Assembly: GCA_964016885.1 (NCBI GenBank)
Contig: OZ024740.1
Coordinates: 54,312,001-54,376,000, forward strand
Direction of reading: 5' to 3'
Length of the DNA stretch: 64,000 bases
Source: Eledone cirrhosa
Lineage: Eukaryota
The notes below the pieces were generated by a model. The model was not told the origin of the DNA. It ran no database searches and was given only the letters and a program-made list of their open reading frames with translations. Positions 1 to 13,830 of this stretch are shown piece by piece; the stretch's first letter is position 1, and every line of letters begins with the position of its first letter. A program made the position numbers and the translations under genes.

Positions 1-713
1 ATGATATATTGTTTTTGTTTATGCCACGAAACTACGTAGTCGAGGAATTTAGGAGCAGTTTAGGTATGATACATTTTATTACTAATTATATCTAAATGTT
101 TCTTCTCTCTTCATAATGTATTTTTAACTCTGATACTGGTTCAGTCTAGTTCAACTGAATTGGTCTGTCCCGGTTATTCATTGAGCAACATCGGTGAAGT
201 TGGCACCCTTAACTGACAGTTGGGTGCGGATGCATTCATGTATATATGTGTGTGTCCGCATGTATCTGTGTGTTTCTAAATATATTGTTAATAACTCCCT
301 CTGGTCGAGCAATCTTTGAGGTGTGGGGACAACTGGAAAGCTTCCATTACTCATACTTCTAGCCTTCTTCACCACCTCTTCTGCGGCCTCGATATGAATA
401 CCCCCTCCGCCTCTGTGGTATTTTCTTCGTGGTTATAAGAGGCTTAGCTCTGTTTCTCGACCGTTATATCGCGTGACTATCTCCCCCTCCGCCTTTTGGG
501 ATTCTTTCTCACGTCGTGTAGACGCGTTCTTGAGACTAGTAAAATGAGGTATCCTCTTGATAAGTCGGCAGACCTCGCAGGGACTCTATATCTTTATGAT
601 ATATTGTTTTTGTTTATGCCACGAAACTACGTAGTCGAGGAATTTAGGAGCAGTTTAGGTATGATACATTTTATTACTAATTATATCTAAATGTTTCTTC
701 TCTCTTCATAATG

Positions 714-715
<2 letters not shown>
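1..715 (-). mobile_element. PLE-type pseudo-LTR remnant in partial-tandem arrangement
   Basis: 1-120 is repeated directly at ~596-714. A degenerate HHR-like string lies on the minus strand at ~130-196 (CCGATGT...GAACTAGACTGAACCAGTA), related to GAAACTGGTCAGACCAGTA at ~28533. The element abuts (TA)n. Confidence 0.55.
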
Positions 716-762
<47 letters not shown>

Positions 763-788
763 ATATATATGTGTGTGTGTATGTGTGC

Positions 789-868
<80 letters not shown>

Positions 869-1282
869 GTATATGTATGTATATATATATATATGTATAT
901 ATATATGTATATATATATATAGACACCATTCAACCATTCCTTTCAAAGGGTCATGACCTCAACTAAAGTGAATTATTTTTGATCCTAATATCATATGGAA
1001 AAAGACAATCTGATTGGTTAGTTCTTCAGCTACCTCCAATTAAGGTCATAGAACAAAACATAATACTAATTTACTACTAATTTTGAAAAAAATTCTTATT
1101 GCTTTTGACAACAGCTGGTGATATGCATGTAAGTAAATGTTCTCTTTATCTGATATTTCGTAACTAACCTTACATAGATCGATAACGAAGTATATTTACA
1201 ATGTATTATCATCACCTAGAAACGATCGTAAAGCACTGAAGTATATTTCTAAGGACTTGATTATTTATTTCATTGTTTTAAC

Positions 1283-1313
<31 letters not shown>

Positions 1314-1315
1314 CA

Positions 1316-1411
<96 letters not shown>

Positions 1412-1458
1412 TTGTGTGTATATATATAAATATATACACGTATATATATAAAGACACT

Positions 1459-1507
<49 letters not shown>

Positions 1508-2028
1508 TTCAATGCTTACATTAAACGAGACAATGTTTTTCACATTTAGGTGACATGTGAGGTTTTAATATTGGAAACTTATCCCTAAGAGTTATTAATT
1601 TAATCGTTTTCAGTTTGTTGTTTGATTTGGGCGGAGAGATCCCTAGCGTTTTACCGCACCTGTCACATAAAATGAGAAGACAACAAACAAAATATAGTTT
1701 ACATCTGAGACTAAGTTTGGTTTTTAAATATTTCTCGCAATAAAAGTGATTTAAATCACACTTGACGCAAAAAAAAAAAAAATCTACATATATAAAAAAA
1801 AATATACATATAACATGTCCGGGATGAACTACAAGGGCTCCGCTCAAAGGGAGCATTGACTATGTTGTTATATTTAAGGAATTATTTCCAAATGTGTATA
1901 TTATCCAGTATCTATATATTCCATTTCTTAGAGAGTTAGGTGTAATTTAAAGATGTCCTTGCTGCTATATCTGGAATGTTGTATGGCCTTATAATGGCGT
2001 ATGTTTTGTGTTACTGTATTAATATAAA

Positions 2029-2200
2029 CAGACGGTGAATTGTCAGAGTGGTTAAGACGTCGTATAGAATGCTTTACGGTATTCGTCCCACCTCATTGCT
2101 CATTCTGAGTTCAAATCCCGCTGGGGGATTAACTTTGCTTTTCATCGTTTCGAGGTCGATAAAAAAAGTAGCAGTCCAGTACTAGGGTCGATTCTTCCTC
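2029..2200 (+). mobile_element. Diverged tRNA-derived SINE (MetaSINE-like core)
   Basis: B-box GAGTTCAAATCC followed by TTTGCTTTTCATCGTTTCGAGGTCGATAAA, matching the major SINE family in this window. Confidence 0.75.
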
Positions 2201-3320
2201 TATAGAAAAAATTGGCTGTGTTCAGACCTGGAGAGGGTTGGGCTCCTACAGGTTTAAAAGTGTCCTAGACATGCCGTTTGACGGTGCTTATACGACTCTA
2301 CGAGGAGTTATGGGATCTATATCTTTTATTAATATAAACAGGTTTGTGCAACTGAAACTGCAAAATTATTTCATTACCGATACTGCACATCATATAAACG
2401 GAATAAAGAATGTATTGGATCTACTATAAGAATTTTACACACAACATATTATTGTCTGAAAATGTATGTTCAAACACTGCTCTTAATATATGAGAAACTT
2501 CATATTATATTTAAGCAGACAAATTTTACCAGGAATTGATAAAGTTTTAATATTCTAAACAATCTATTTATCGAACCAATGCTAATATAATTGGATATTC
2601 AAAACTGAAAAAAAAAGGCCAAACAATTGAAAAAATAAGATCAATTATTAAACTAAATGTATAAGAGTGATTCAGAGGATGTAGGCAATGTTTGAAGTAT
2701 AAATCAAATTCGTAAAGCAATAGTTGCGGATGTAGAAATTTTTGGCGTTCTCTCTAACTGCTGACTTAATATAATTAGACACATTCTACTGTAATGTGAC
2801 TTGGAATCCTCTCAGGAATTCATAAACGAAATAGTCCCCAGAGACTAGTTCAGAGGACAAGTTATATTAATATGGAAGAGTAATGTTTCTCATTTATTTG
2901 CAAATATACAGCCATAGGCTGGAATAGGTTCGTATATTAACGCCACCTACTGTCCTCACCACTATACATGTGTAAACATAAATGGTATATACATATAATT
3001 TCAAAACGCGCAGACATATATATGCACAGGCATAATGAGACACATACATGAACACACATATACATTGAAACGCAGTCACAGACACACACAAACAAACATT
3101 CGCTAGTGAGCGATCAACGTAATTCCATGCATAAATGTATTGTCGTATATATGCATATATGCACATACTAACATACTTATGAGTGAAAGTTTTGTGTGAT
3201 AGGTAGACGATGGAATTGAATGAAAATATAAATAGAGGGTAGGAAAAGAGCATATGTATATATCTGTGTGTGTGTGTGAGCATGTGTGTATATATATAAT
3301 ATATGTATATGTATATCTAT

Positions 3321-3358
<38 letters not shown>

Positions 3359-3397
3359 CTCTATATATATACACACACACAAACACACGCACATATA

Positions 3398-3429
<32 letters not shown>

Positions 3430-3463
3430 CACAAACACATAAATATATACATATATATATATA

Positions 3464-3720
3464 TTTATTAAAATAACAGATTAAAGTTTAAGCAAAGAAT
3501 CGATGCCCTCACCCTCAACTGGATCCTCTGAAACTAACAAAGTCAATCTGTAAACGCAGAAGTGGATATTTCCAAATACGTTGCAACCGGAGGAAGAGAG
3601 GAAGACGATTCCTTGGTTCGTAGAAACGTTCGCTATGCAAATACGTAATGGTATAAACAAAACATATACTTAGCTCCCACATCAAGACGTAAAATATCCA
3701 CGTATAGATCGTACTATAAC
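3464..3720 (-). mobile_element. Repeat family A (putative PLE pLTR-derived), TA-embedded
   Basis: TTTATTAAAATAACAGATTAAAGTTTAAGCAAAGAATCG... recurs at ~5270 (reverse), 10030, 14025, 14220, 23655, 52370 (reverse) and 53420. Confidence 0.7.
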
Positions 3721-3757
3721 CTGAGTGCCTATGTTTGTATTCGTGCATGTCAGTGTA

Positions 3758-3802
<45 letters not shown>

Positions 3803-3838
3803 ACTGACATGCACGAATACAAACATAGACACTCAGGT
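3720..3838. repeat. Hairpin with ~40-bp arms centred on a (TA)n tract
   Basis: CCTGAGTGCCTATGTTTGTATTCGTGCATGTCAGTGTAT pairs with ATACACTGACATGCACGAATACAAACATAGACACTCAGG (1 mismatch). Confidence 0.9.
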
Positions 3839-4106
3839 TCATATGCACGCAAATGCACACACGGCGCAACAAAACGTACAAAGTTAATAAAGTATATGTA
3901 TATGCGTACTTATCTCTTTTTTTATTTTTATATGCCTGGGAATTAGCACATATAAAAGCAGAAGAGTGAATGGCATTATCAATAATTATCTATCGATCTA
4001 CTTACCCGTATATATATATATATATAAAAGTGTGTGTGCGTGTGTGTGTGTGTGTTTATAATATATGTATATATATATATATGTATTTATACATATATAT
4101 ATAAGT

Positions 4107-4199
<93 letters not shown>

Positions 4200-4779
4200 T
4201 GTATATTGTAAATGTTAAGGCAAGAAACACGGGTGAAGAAATGTGAGGTGAAGTAGAGTAGAAAAGCGGAAGGGATGATTCGATGATTTCGTACGAGTGA
4301 AACATATATATATATGTATATATATATATCGCGGGTTCTTGGCCAAGCCGGTATGAATTTTTTTTCTCTCTCTCTCGTCTGCGACTTCACAGAACTTATG
4401 TTTACCGAATTCGCAGACCAGACCCCTTCTTCCTCCCGTTAGACCTGTGCGAAATTCCTTCCTTGCTCACATTTCAACCAGGTCTGATGAGCTTTATTCT
4501 CTCGTTCACGATTCCACCGAATTTATATTCATAGAAATCTGGGACTTGTTTCTTTCTTCTTCATCACTTTCTGTTGCTTTAACCATTTTGTTTGTTTACC
4601 CTAGCGTCCTCTTTATTTGCGTGTCCCAACGACTTTTTTTAGCCGTTGCTCGCACCAACCTGAGGTATATGGCCTTAAATGCGACGAAATGCCTACGACG
4701 GTTGGAAGGCCACTGATGAGGACAAACTTTTTCATATGTAACCCATTTGCAGCGCCGCAGCTCCATCATTATCATATTT

Positions 4780-4814
<35 letters not shown>

Positions 4815-4816
<2 letters not shown>

Positions 4817-5299
4817 GTAATAATAATAAATTTGAAGACTAAAACTCTGCAGTAGAGTTTTATTCGGTCTCCTAGTTAGAATTTTAGTCTACGACTTCTG
4901 CTATACCATTTAGGTGGTTTTGTCTTTGCGTGCTATTGTTCTCCACGCTCCACATATGACGTATTATCTTCGTTTTTTTCGCTCATTGCCAGATAACGTG
5001 TCTATGAATCACCTAAGAGAACATTAGTCTACGACCTCTTTTATACCATAAACGTGGTTCTGTCTTTGCGCGTAATTGTTTTTCACCGCTCCTATTAATG
5101 ACGTATTATATTCGTTTTTTCCCGTTCTTTCCCAGCGAACGTTTCCACGAACCAAATTATCGTCTTCCTGTCTTCCTCCGGTTGCAACGTTTTTTGAAAT
5201 ATCCACATCTGCGTTTACAGATTGACTTTGTTAGTTTCAGAAGATCCCGTTAAGGGTGAAAGCAGCGATTATTTGCTTAAACTTTAATCTGTTATTTTA

Positions 5300-5306
<7 letters not shown>
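4815..5306 (+). mobile_element. Family A long copy with inverted 3' terminus at its 5' end and an internal diverged duplication
   Basis: 4815-4845 is the reverse complement of the family A 3' end seen at ~23863 and ~53614. ~4882-5005 resembles ~5025-5150. CAGAAGATCCCGTTAAGGGTGAAAGC occurs at ~5238. Confidence 0.7.
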
Positions 5307-5382
<76 letters not shown>

Positions 5383-5468
5383 AAAGCCAAACATAAATAA
5401 CAACACAATCGGTTCAGTATATGGAAGGTGTATGTTAGGTTAACGCTTGATATAGCAGGAAGTGGGTA

Positions 5469-5502
5469 TTAACATTTCGGACGCTAGTCCTTCATCAGAA
5501 GA
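5469..5502 (-). ncRNA. Minimal hammerhead ribozyme motif (family D)
   Basis: Minus strand reads CTGATGA-a-GGAC-tagc-GTCC-GAAA-TGTTA. It sits in a repeat (5383-5570) whose flank recurs as an inverted pair at ~5580-5663 / ~5851-5940. Confidence 0.7.
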
Positions 5503-5944
5503 AAGAATGAGAAATAAAATAGATTAATGGGACGGGCGGGATGGAATTGGAAAAAATGTACTTTCCTTTTGTCATCTTATATATATAAGGTGAACAGAAA
5601 TAACGATACATTCGGTACAGTGTATGGAAGAAATATACTAGTTTGACGCTTGAAATAGCAGAAAAAAAAAAAATATATATATATATTTATTATATATATA
5701 TAATATGGAAAATGAAGAATCAGTGATGCATCGGAACACAATTTATTACGTATTACAATTGTAATAGGTAATAGAATGAGAATAGAGTGCTCAACTGGCA
5801 TACCACCTATGGACGCATCCGGGCAACCTTACTACAAATATATATATATATTCTGCTATTTCAAGCGTCAAACTAGTATAGTTCTTCCATATACTGTACC
5901 GATTGTATCGTTATTTCTGTTTACCTTTTATATATATATATATA

Positions 5945-6114
5945 TAACAAAGAAAGTATGGTAAGGAACCAGGTGGACCATAACGCACCAGAATACTCTA
6001 TACTTAGAGTAATAGAGTGTGTAATAAGAAAAGTATCAGGACCCCGACGGCTGAGCTCCGGCCTTTTCGACAGCTAGATCCGAACAGCTTGTCTGGTTCC
6101 TGACTCTTTTCCTA
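5945..6114 (-). mobile_element. Repeat family B (carries the 3' half of an HHR)
   Basis: GGTAAGGAACCAGGTGGACCATAACGCACC...CCCCGACGGCTGAGCTC; related copies at ~8027, 21529, 27646, 27914, 29047, 32947, 34301, 35314 and 45710. Confidence 0.8.
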
Positions 6115-6152
6115 TGTATATATGTATATATATAAATATTTATATATATATA

Positions 6153-6229
<77 letters not shown>

Positions 6230-6341
6230 ATATATAAATGAAAAGTATAGAAATTATTGTAGCAAGAAGCCTATAGTATTCCATAATATATAAGTGACTA
6301 TAGCGTCAAAATAGGAAAATAGTTAACCTAAGATGTGGGAA

Positions 6342-6417
<76 letters not shown>

Positions 6418-6487
6418 GTATATATAAATGTGTATATATGTATATATATGTATATATGTGTGTATATATGTATATATATGTATATAC

Positions 6488-6535
<48 letters not shown>

Positions 6536-6541
<6 letters not shown>

Positions 6542-6759
6542 ATATTTGGGGAGGGTCATATTTGCGTAATATTGCCAGAATTAATAACAGAACACACTCA
6601 CTGTTTGGTTGGTTTTCGCTTCTCGCTGTCTTTTATATATATATATCTGCGATCTAACTTACTCGGTCCTCAATGTTGCCATTGACTGACCGGCGGTCAA
6701 AAATAATACAGATACAATATAGACAAACACATATATATATATATATAATTCATCGCCGC

Positions 6760-6760
<1 letters not shown>
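6536..6760 (-). mobile_element. Solo 3' end of the PLE at 17255-18478
   Basis: Reverse complement of ~18225-18435 (GGGGAGGGTCATATTTG...CAATGTTGCCATTGACTGAC). Confidence 0.85.
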
Positions 6761-7934
<1,174 letters not shown>

Positions 7935-8026
7935 TGCAAATTTATACGGCGACAAAACAGAGAGGCAGACAAATAAATGTTTATCAGATTCACGCTTTTG
8001 AGAGTGTGATATATATATATATATAT

Positions 8027-8220
8027 ATAGGAGAAAGTATGACCCCGACGGCGGAGCTCAAGCCTTTTCGACGGCTATACTCTAGTCCAGAAATAGGCGT
8101 CGAAACGGCTTGAGATCTACCCTCGGGTCATACTTTCTCCTATTACCCACTGTACTACCCTAAGTATTGAGTACTCTTGTGCGTTATGGTCCATCTGGTT
8201 CCTTACCACAACTCGTCCGT

Positions 8221-8222
<2 letters not shown>
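8027..8222. mobile_element. Family B fold-back copy
   Basis: Inverted arms GACCCCGACGGCGGAGCTCAAGCCTTTTCGACGGCTA / TAGGCGTCGAAACGGCTTGAGATCTACCCTCGGGTC, flanked by (TA)n on both sides. Confidence 0.85.
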
Positions 8223-8254
<32 letters not shown>

Positions 8255-9167
8255 AACACACACACACACACTCACACACATATATATATACACACACTAT
8301 GTGTGTGTACTTGAAAAAGCGTGTTGCAAATTAACATTTTTAAAGCATAATAGACTACTACAACGCGGATATAACTGTGAAATTGTCGAAATAGGTGGGC
8401 ATATAAGCTGCTTGAGACAGAAGAACAGGATATGTTTGCCTGTGGGAATAGAACTCGCATCTGTCGTAGGCCGAACGGGTGCATCATCATTACACCAAAA
8501 CGAGACCAGCCACTTAACGCACGTTTTTACTCTCTAGGGGCATATAAGCCTAACACTTTCGATTACTTTATAATTGACCCTACGTTGAAGCAGTTTAAGA
8601 TACATTAAGACACATTCAATTCATATATATAAATATATATAAATATCTATATAAATATATATATAAGTGTGTGTGTGTGTATATGTGTGTGCCTGTCTAT
8701 GTGTGTGTGCGCGTGTGTGTGCGCGCGCATGTGTGTATTTATTTGTGTGTATGTGTGTATGCATGTGTATGTCGGGGTAGGTAAGAAACTCTCAGGAATG
8801 AACCGGATTGACAGCAGAAGGTCTTAAAAGAAGAAACAGCCCCTGATGCAAATGTTCTGGCCCTTAACGTGTTACGCACTAAGGGGTGCGGACCACACTC
8901 CGGGTGCCTTTCTGATTACCCTTTTTATCCACTTGCATATTAGAGTCTTGTATATTGAAACTGTCTGGAGATTTTGTTGACAAGCTCTAGCTGATTTTCC
9001 TGTCCATTGCCTCTGATTTCAAACTTATATTCGTTTTCTTGTGTTTAGAAAACTAACGTTGATAGTAATGTAGGTGAAGCGTCAACAGTTTTATCTCCAC
9101 CGTCAACACTACAACTGTGACTCATTTAGAGTTACTTCCCTTAACGTACGTTAAAATACTAACATGA

Positions 9168-9315
9168 ATGTTTCTACTTTTGGCACAAGGCCAGCAATTA
9201 TCCAGTGCCTTACTGGTGCTTTATTTTATCAATCTCAGGATCTGAACTCAGACCGTAAAGGGACGTAACTCTCTGCCGCAAAGCATGGCCTCCGACGCTC
9301 TACCGATAGTGCAAT
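9168..9315 (-). mobile_element. tRNA-derived SINE, internally deleted
   Basis: TGTTTCTACTTTTGGCACAAGGCCAGCAATT...TGAACTCAGACCGTAAAGGGACGTAAC. Confidence 0.85.
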
Positions 9316-9351
9316 GGACTTATACGGTATGAAGATAGTTTTATTTTTTCT

Positions 9352-9520
9352 CCCCCGACCAGATCAAACTAAAATTCCTCTCCTTTGCCACTGCTATTGC
9401 CTTTAGGGCTTTGGTCATGTTCTTCGCAGAGACTGGAATTGTCCACAAAACCTCTGGCTCCAACTTCTATGGTGAGACCTTTGACCCGGAAGTTGACTTC
9501 TCTCAGGCTGTTGGCCAAAG
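9352..9520 (-). pseudogene. HERO-like (RLE-type) non-LTR retrotransposon C-terminal fragment
   Basis: Translates LTIEVGARGFVDNS, then after a frameshift KALKAIAVAKERNFSLIW. This resembles the VEVGCRGF...AAERAS.W.W motif. Confidence 0.6.
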
Positions 9521-9978
9521 AAAATGTAGTAGAAAAATAAACAAAGTGAAAAAATATGGAATAAATCAATTATTAAAGATAAATCCAGAAAGGAATGCTA
9601 CTCAATCCTAGAAAGAATGCAACAGACAAATTTAGACGATGTTAGCAATATTGTGAAAGGGGAATGAGGTACGACTCGGGTGATACGTTGCATGAAATGT
9701 TACGACAGTAAAAAAGCCAACCAGTAAAAACAGAAAATATCACAATATTTTGTCTGTCAATTCGTTCTTTTTATGAATGTCATGTTTGTAAATTCATTAC
9801 GCTGTTAGTGATACAATAATGACGACGTTAAAAAGTATATATGTTTACATTTACATTAAAAGAAAGCTTTTCAGAAGATATACAGTGCCTAAGGGGGTGC
9901 ATATATATACGCACATACATACATACATACATACATACATACATACATAGATACATATATAGATAAATATATATATAA

Positions 9979-10034
<56 letters not shown>

Positions 10035-10058
10035 TAAAATAACAGATTAAAGTTTAAG

Positions 10059-10097
<39 letters not shown>

Positions 10098-10209
10098 TTG
10101 TGTGTGTGTGTGTATATATATAAAATTGAGATAAGCGGAGCAAGTAAGATTCAAACAATTTTTTTTAATAAATTAAAATATATAATTTAAATATTTACCT
10201 ATTCCATTC

Positions 10210-10289
10210 GCTTTTACCGACGGTTTCACCTTACAAAAGATTGGAGATCCTAGGGTCTTCCAATGGAAATGTTCGGATCATCAGAGAGC
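10210..10289 (-). ncRNA. Hammerhead motif with extended stem II (family E)
   Basis: Minus strand reads GCTCT-CTGATGA-[long insert with hairpin ATTGGA...TCCAAT]-GAA-ACC-GTC-GGT-A-AAAGC. Confidence 0.6.
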
Positions 10290-11329
10290 ATTTTCCTTAC
10301 CTAGGACAAAAGTCACAGGAACGGCAAAATATATTGCCACCTACCAGCTACCACAGGATCCAATGAGGCCGTAAACTTGACCTGTGCAGGAACCAGCTCT
10401 TAGTAGAAGCGGAAGTAAACATAGACGTGTTGTCTATCACACCACTAAAAATAGCAACTAAATAAAACAACGGATTTGTTCTCTATTTTATAGTTCTGGT
10501 ATGTCAAATTAATACCATAGAACAACCACTGTATCAGAGATACCCTATATATTTCCAGAAGTACTTAGTACCTGTGGGGATATTAATCTCCTTGTATATA
10601 TAAATATATATGTAACCAAAGATTAATATGGTTCGTTGATTACTCAATGTATACAATTTTACAATACATTAAAAGCACTCAACACAGAAGTTATGTAATG
10701 ATTATTTAAATACGTTTTAAAAATTAATTCTTTTAAAGTTGTAACTAAATATTTATAGAATATCTTACCTATATACATTTTTAATTAAACGATATATGTG
10801 ATTGCTATAGAAAATAATCTATACTGATTAATTTTGATATAATATATAAGTATAATTAGCTAATGCATAATCAAATACTAAAATATTCAATTGTTTAGTT
10901 GAATTGATTGGATGTCCCATTTGTTTTTGCATTTGAAAACAACGGTTTTTTCTCTATCCCTCTCTATTGGATGCTTCCTTTATTTTTCTTTACTTTTCTT
11001 TAACCACCTCTGTTCCTTTTACATGCCTTACACTTTCCATCTTTTGTCGTTATTCCTCTTTTCTTTTTTATATATTTCTTTTACTCATTCATTCTTTTAT
11101 CTATTTATGTATGTATTTATATATGTATTTATTTATTTTTTCTTGCCTTTCCTCCTATGTACACCCTCTCTCATATCTCTAATTTGTTCTACGTCCTTTT
11201 CTTCTTTAAATTTATCATATTATTTGTGGTATATAAACATTGTGATTTGATGAAATAAATCACTGCCAATACTGGAATTGTATAATCAAGACCGCAGCGG
11301 TATGTCATATATCAAATCATATATTTTAT

Positions 11330-11382
11330 CTGATGAAGACGTACTGAAAAAAAAACAACACAGTACCTTTGAAATATATATA
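11330..11382 (+). ncRNA. Hammerhead motif (family F)
   Basis: CTGATGA-agac-GTACTG-loop-CAGTAC-cttt-GAAATATATA; related motifs at 16443-16490 and 28236-28283. Confidence 0.6.
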
Positions 11383-11433
11383 ATAAAGCATATATTTTGA
11401 TTATGTGAATATCTTTCATTTGTTAATATTTTG

Positions 11434-11513
<80 letters not shown>

Positions 11514-11529
11514 CAAAATATGATATCAG

Positions 11530-11925
11530 GAATATCACTGATCTCTGGAATTGGCCAACAATGAGACAATCGTTGGTGTTACATTTACATTGTAGATGAG
11601 CACTGCGTTATATGTAAAACAGAGATCCAGGACATACTCGCCTCTTGCTGGGAGGAGTACTGTTTGTTCCATGAAAATCCAGTGTGTGAGGGCCAACAGG
11701 GACTCCGTCTGTCTCTATTCCAGTAATGTCATTCCAGGGAGGAGGTGGCCCGCAGGCAATTTGACCATTGGTAGGTTAAAGTCTCCCAGCAGCAGAATAT
11801 TGTGACCCTGATCCAGTTTGTCAAAGCCTTCTTCAAACCTTCTGAGGCTACCCTCATACTTACCTTTATGACTAGGGGCGTCTGGTGGCCGATAGGTGAC
11901 ATACATTACCATCGGTGTCACATAT
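11530..11925 (-). pseudogene. LINE APE-endonuclease fragment (CR1/Jockey group)
   Basis: YRPP...LLGDFNLP, an in-frame stop, then EQTVLLPARGEYVLDLCFT (the PTRG.N.LDL motif). Confidence 0.85.
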
Positions 11926-12165
11926 ACATAGATGTTTAATAAAACAGAATTTTAGTGTGAAAATCATTTTCTGTTGGGGAAATATTATTTTCATATATCT
12001 CCCCATACTTATCTCCCTCGCCTTCTTTCAAGATAAACATTGATCATGCATCAGGTATCAATACTTATCTGAATATTTGAACAACAAAATAACATCGATA
12101 TTACCCACCGAAATAGCGAACATTCGCTAAATGCCTTCATCTCTATCTATCTCTATCTCTATCTC

Positions 12166-12242
<77 letters not shown>

Positions 12243-12340
12243 GTCTAACTACTTATCTATCACTATGCCTGTCTGTGTGTCTGCCTACCTGCCTGTCTGC
12301 CAATCTATCCTTTTACTATCTACCCAAATATATTTTTATT

Positions 12341-12376
<36 letters not shown>

Positions 12377-12454
12377 AAGCTGTGCATCTATCTACCTGAC
12401 TGTTGATCCATATATATATATTGATAAAAACCACAGACCCTCCATCTCAACTCA

Positions 12455-12492
12455 CCTTTTGAAAAGCAGAAGAACTGCGAAACCGGTAAAGG
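12455..12492 (+). ncRNA. Minimal hammerhead ribozyme, U3-A8 core variant (family C)
   Basis: CCTT-TTGAAAA-GCAG-aagaa-CTGC-GAA-ACCGGT-A-AAGG: stems I and II intact, palindromic stem III, GUA cleavage site. Confidence 0.75.
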
Positions 12493-13073
12493 AACCAAAT
12501 AAATATATATATTTAAGTGACTTTAACCAGTGTTTCTCTGAAACCAGTTGTGAGAGTATATATATTCTAATTTTCCGAGTTACATAGTCGGCAAAATTTC
12601 GTCCCATTAGGATGGGGTTGGGGTGGGGGTGGATATTTCTAATATTGGAAAAAGTGTGTGCCGTTATTTTGAAGCTTCTACATTTAGTTTGCGAGCTGTG
12701 TGGCATGTGTTTTGTCAGTAAGTTGGAAACAGTGCTTAAACACTGCCTTTGACTGCTTTAGTCGCTGTCCACGTGAAGTAAAATTCATTCTGAAAAAATG
12801 GTATAGACCGGACTAATTTTAAATTCAAGGAATTTAATTTTTTTTAAATTACTAACTTCACCACCATTGTGGGTTGTTTTTTTTTTTATAGATACCCGTT
12901 TTTTCAAAATCTCAAATTTTATTTATCAATAGCTAAATTACAAATTACCTGCCCTTGAAGAACTCTCACATATTTTCTTAAAACGATAACTCAACCTGTG
13001 GAGGTAACCATTTTTATTTTATATAAAAGACTGAATGAGTTGGGGTATATAACCCAACGATCGTTATGTACTT

Positions 13074-13183
13074 GTTCAAATCCCGCCGAGGTTGACTTTG
13101 CCTTTCATCCTTACGGGGTCGATAAAATAAAGTACCAGTAATGCACTGGGTAATTTGCTGGCCTTGTGCCAAATGTAGAAACA
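13074..13183 (+). mobile_element. 5'-truncated SINE with target-site duplication
   Basis: TSD GTTATGTACTTGT at 13063-13075 and 13184-13196. Confidence 0.9.
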
Positions 13184-13284
13184 GTTATGTACTTGTATAT
13201 GTCACTGGTGTAACTAATTATACACAACTCGTCCTATGAACTGAGTGCTTTTACCCTTGAATATTTCTACCAAACTTATACTAA

Positions 13285-13329
<45 letters not shown>

Positions 13330-13379
13330 TAGAGAGAGAGAGAAAATTGAAATCTTAGAAGCATCAATGTTTGGCATAT

Positions 13380-13830
13380 GAGTGGCATATAAATCCCGGA
13401 GGCGGAAAAATGTATACAGCGCTACCACTGGGTCTCGAACCCACAGCAACACAATACCGTTTTACAATGATAAACAATTATATGAATCGCCACCGACAAA
13501 CATTTTTGATTACATTAAGCCTTATTAATCAGACAGGGCATATGCAAACAATCTATTTTTAGAACCGTTGTGCGAAATGTATTCATAGTCAAAGAATGTT
13601 GATGCGTCTAATTTTGAAATATAGATCTTACTATCGGCCAAAGGTTCTGTAGATTGTTTGAATATGTACTGCCTGATTACTATAGATTAAAGTAACGGAA
13701 AACGTTTGTCAGTGCATGTATAGTGTAATGGATTTGCACGATGAAACGGTATATTGTTGGTGAGGGTTCGAGTCCTACGAGCGGAGCTGTAAAAATTCTT
13801 TCAATCGCTAGGGTAGATATGTTTACCACC
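13380..13830. repeat. Degenerate fold-back element with ~200-bp arms
   Basis: CTCGAACCCACAGCAACACAATACCGTTT pairs with AAACGGTATATTGTTGGTGAGGGTTCGAG; AATCAGACAGGGCATATGCAAACAATCTA pairs with TAGATTGTTTGAATATGTACTGCCTGATT. Confidence 0.75.

Noticed and set aside
4713-4760. CTGATGAGGAC hammerhead core
   Set aside because: No closing stem II strand or GAAA follows; at best a deleted remnant.
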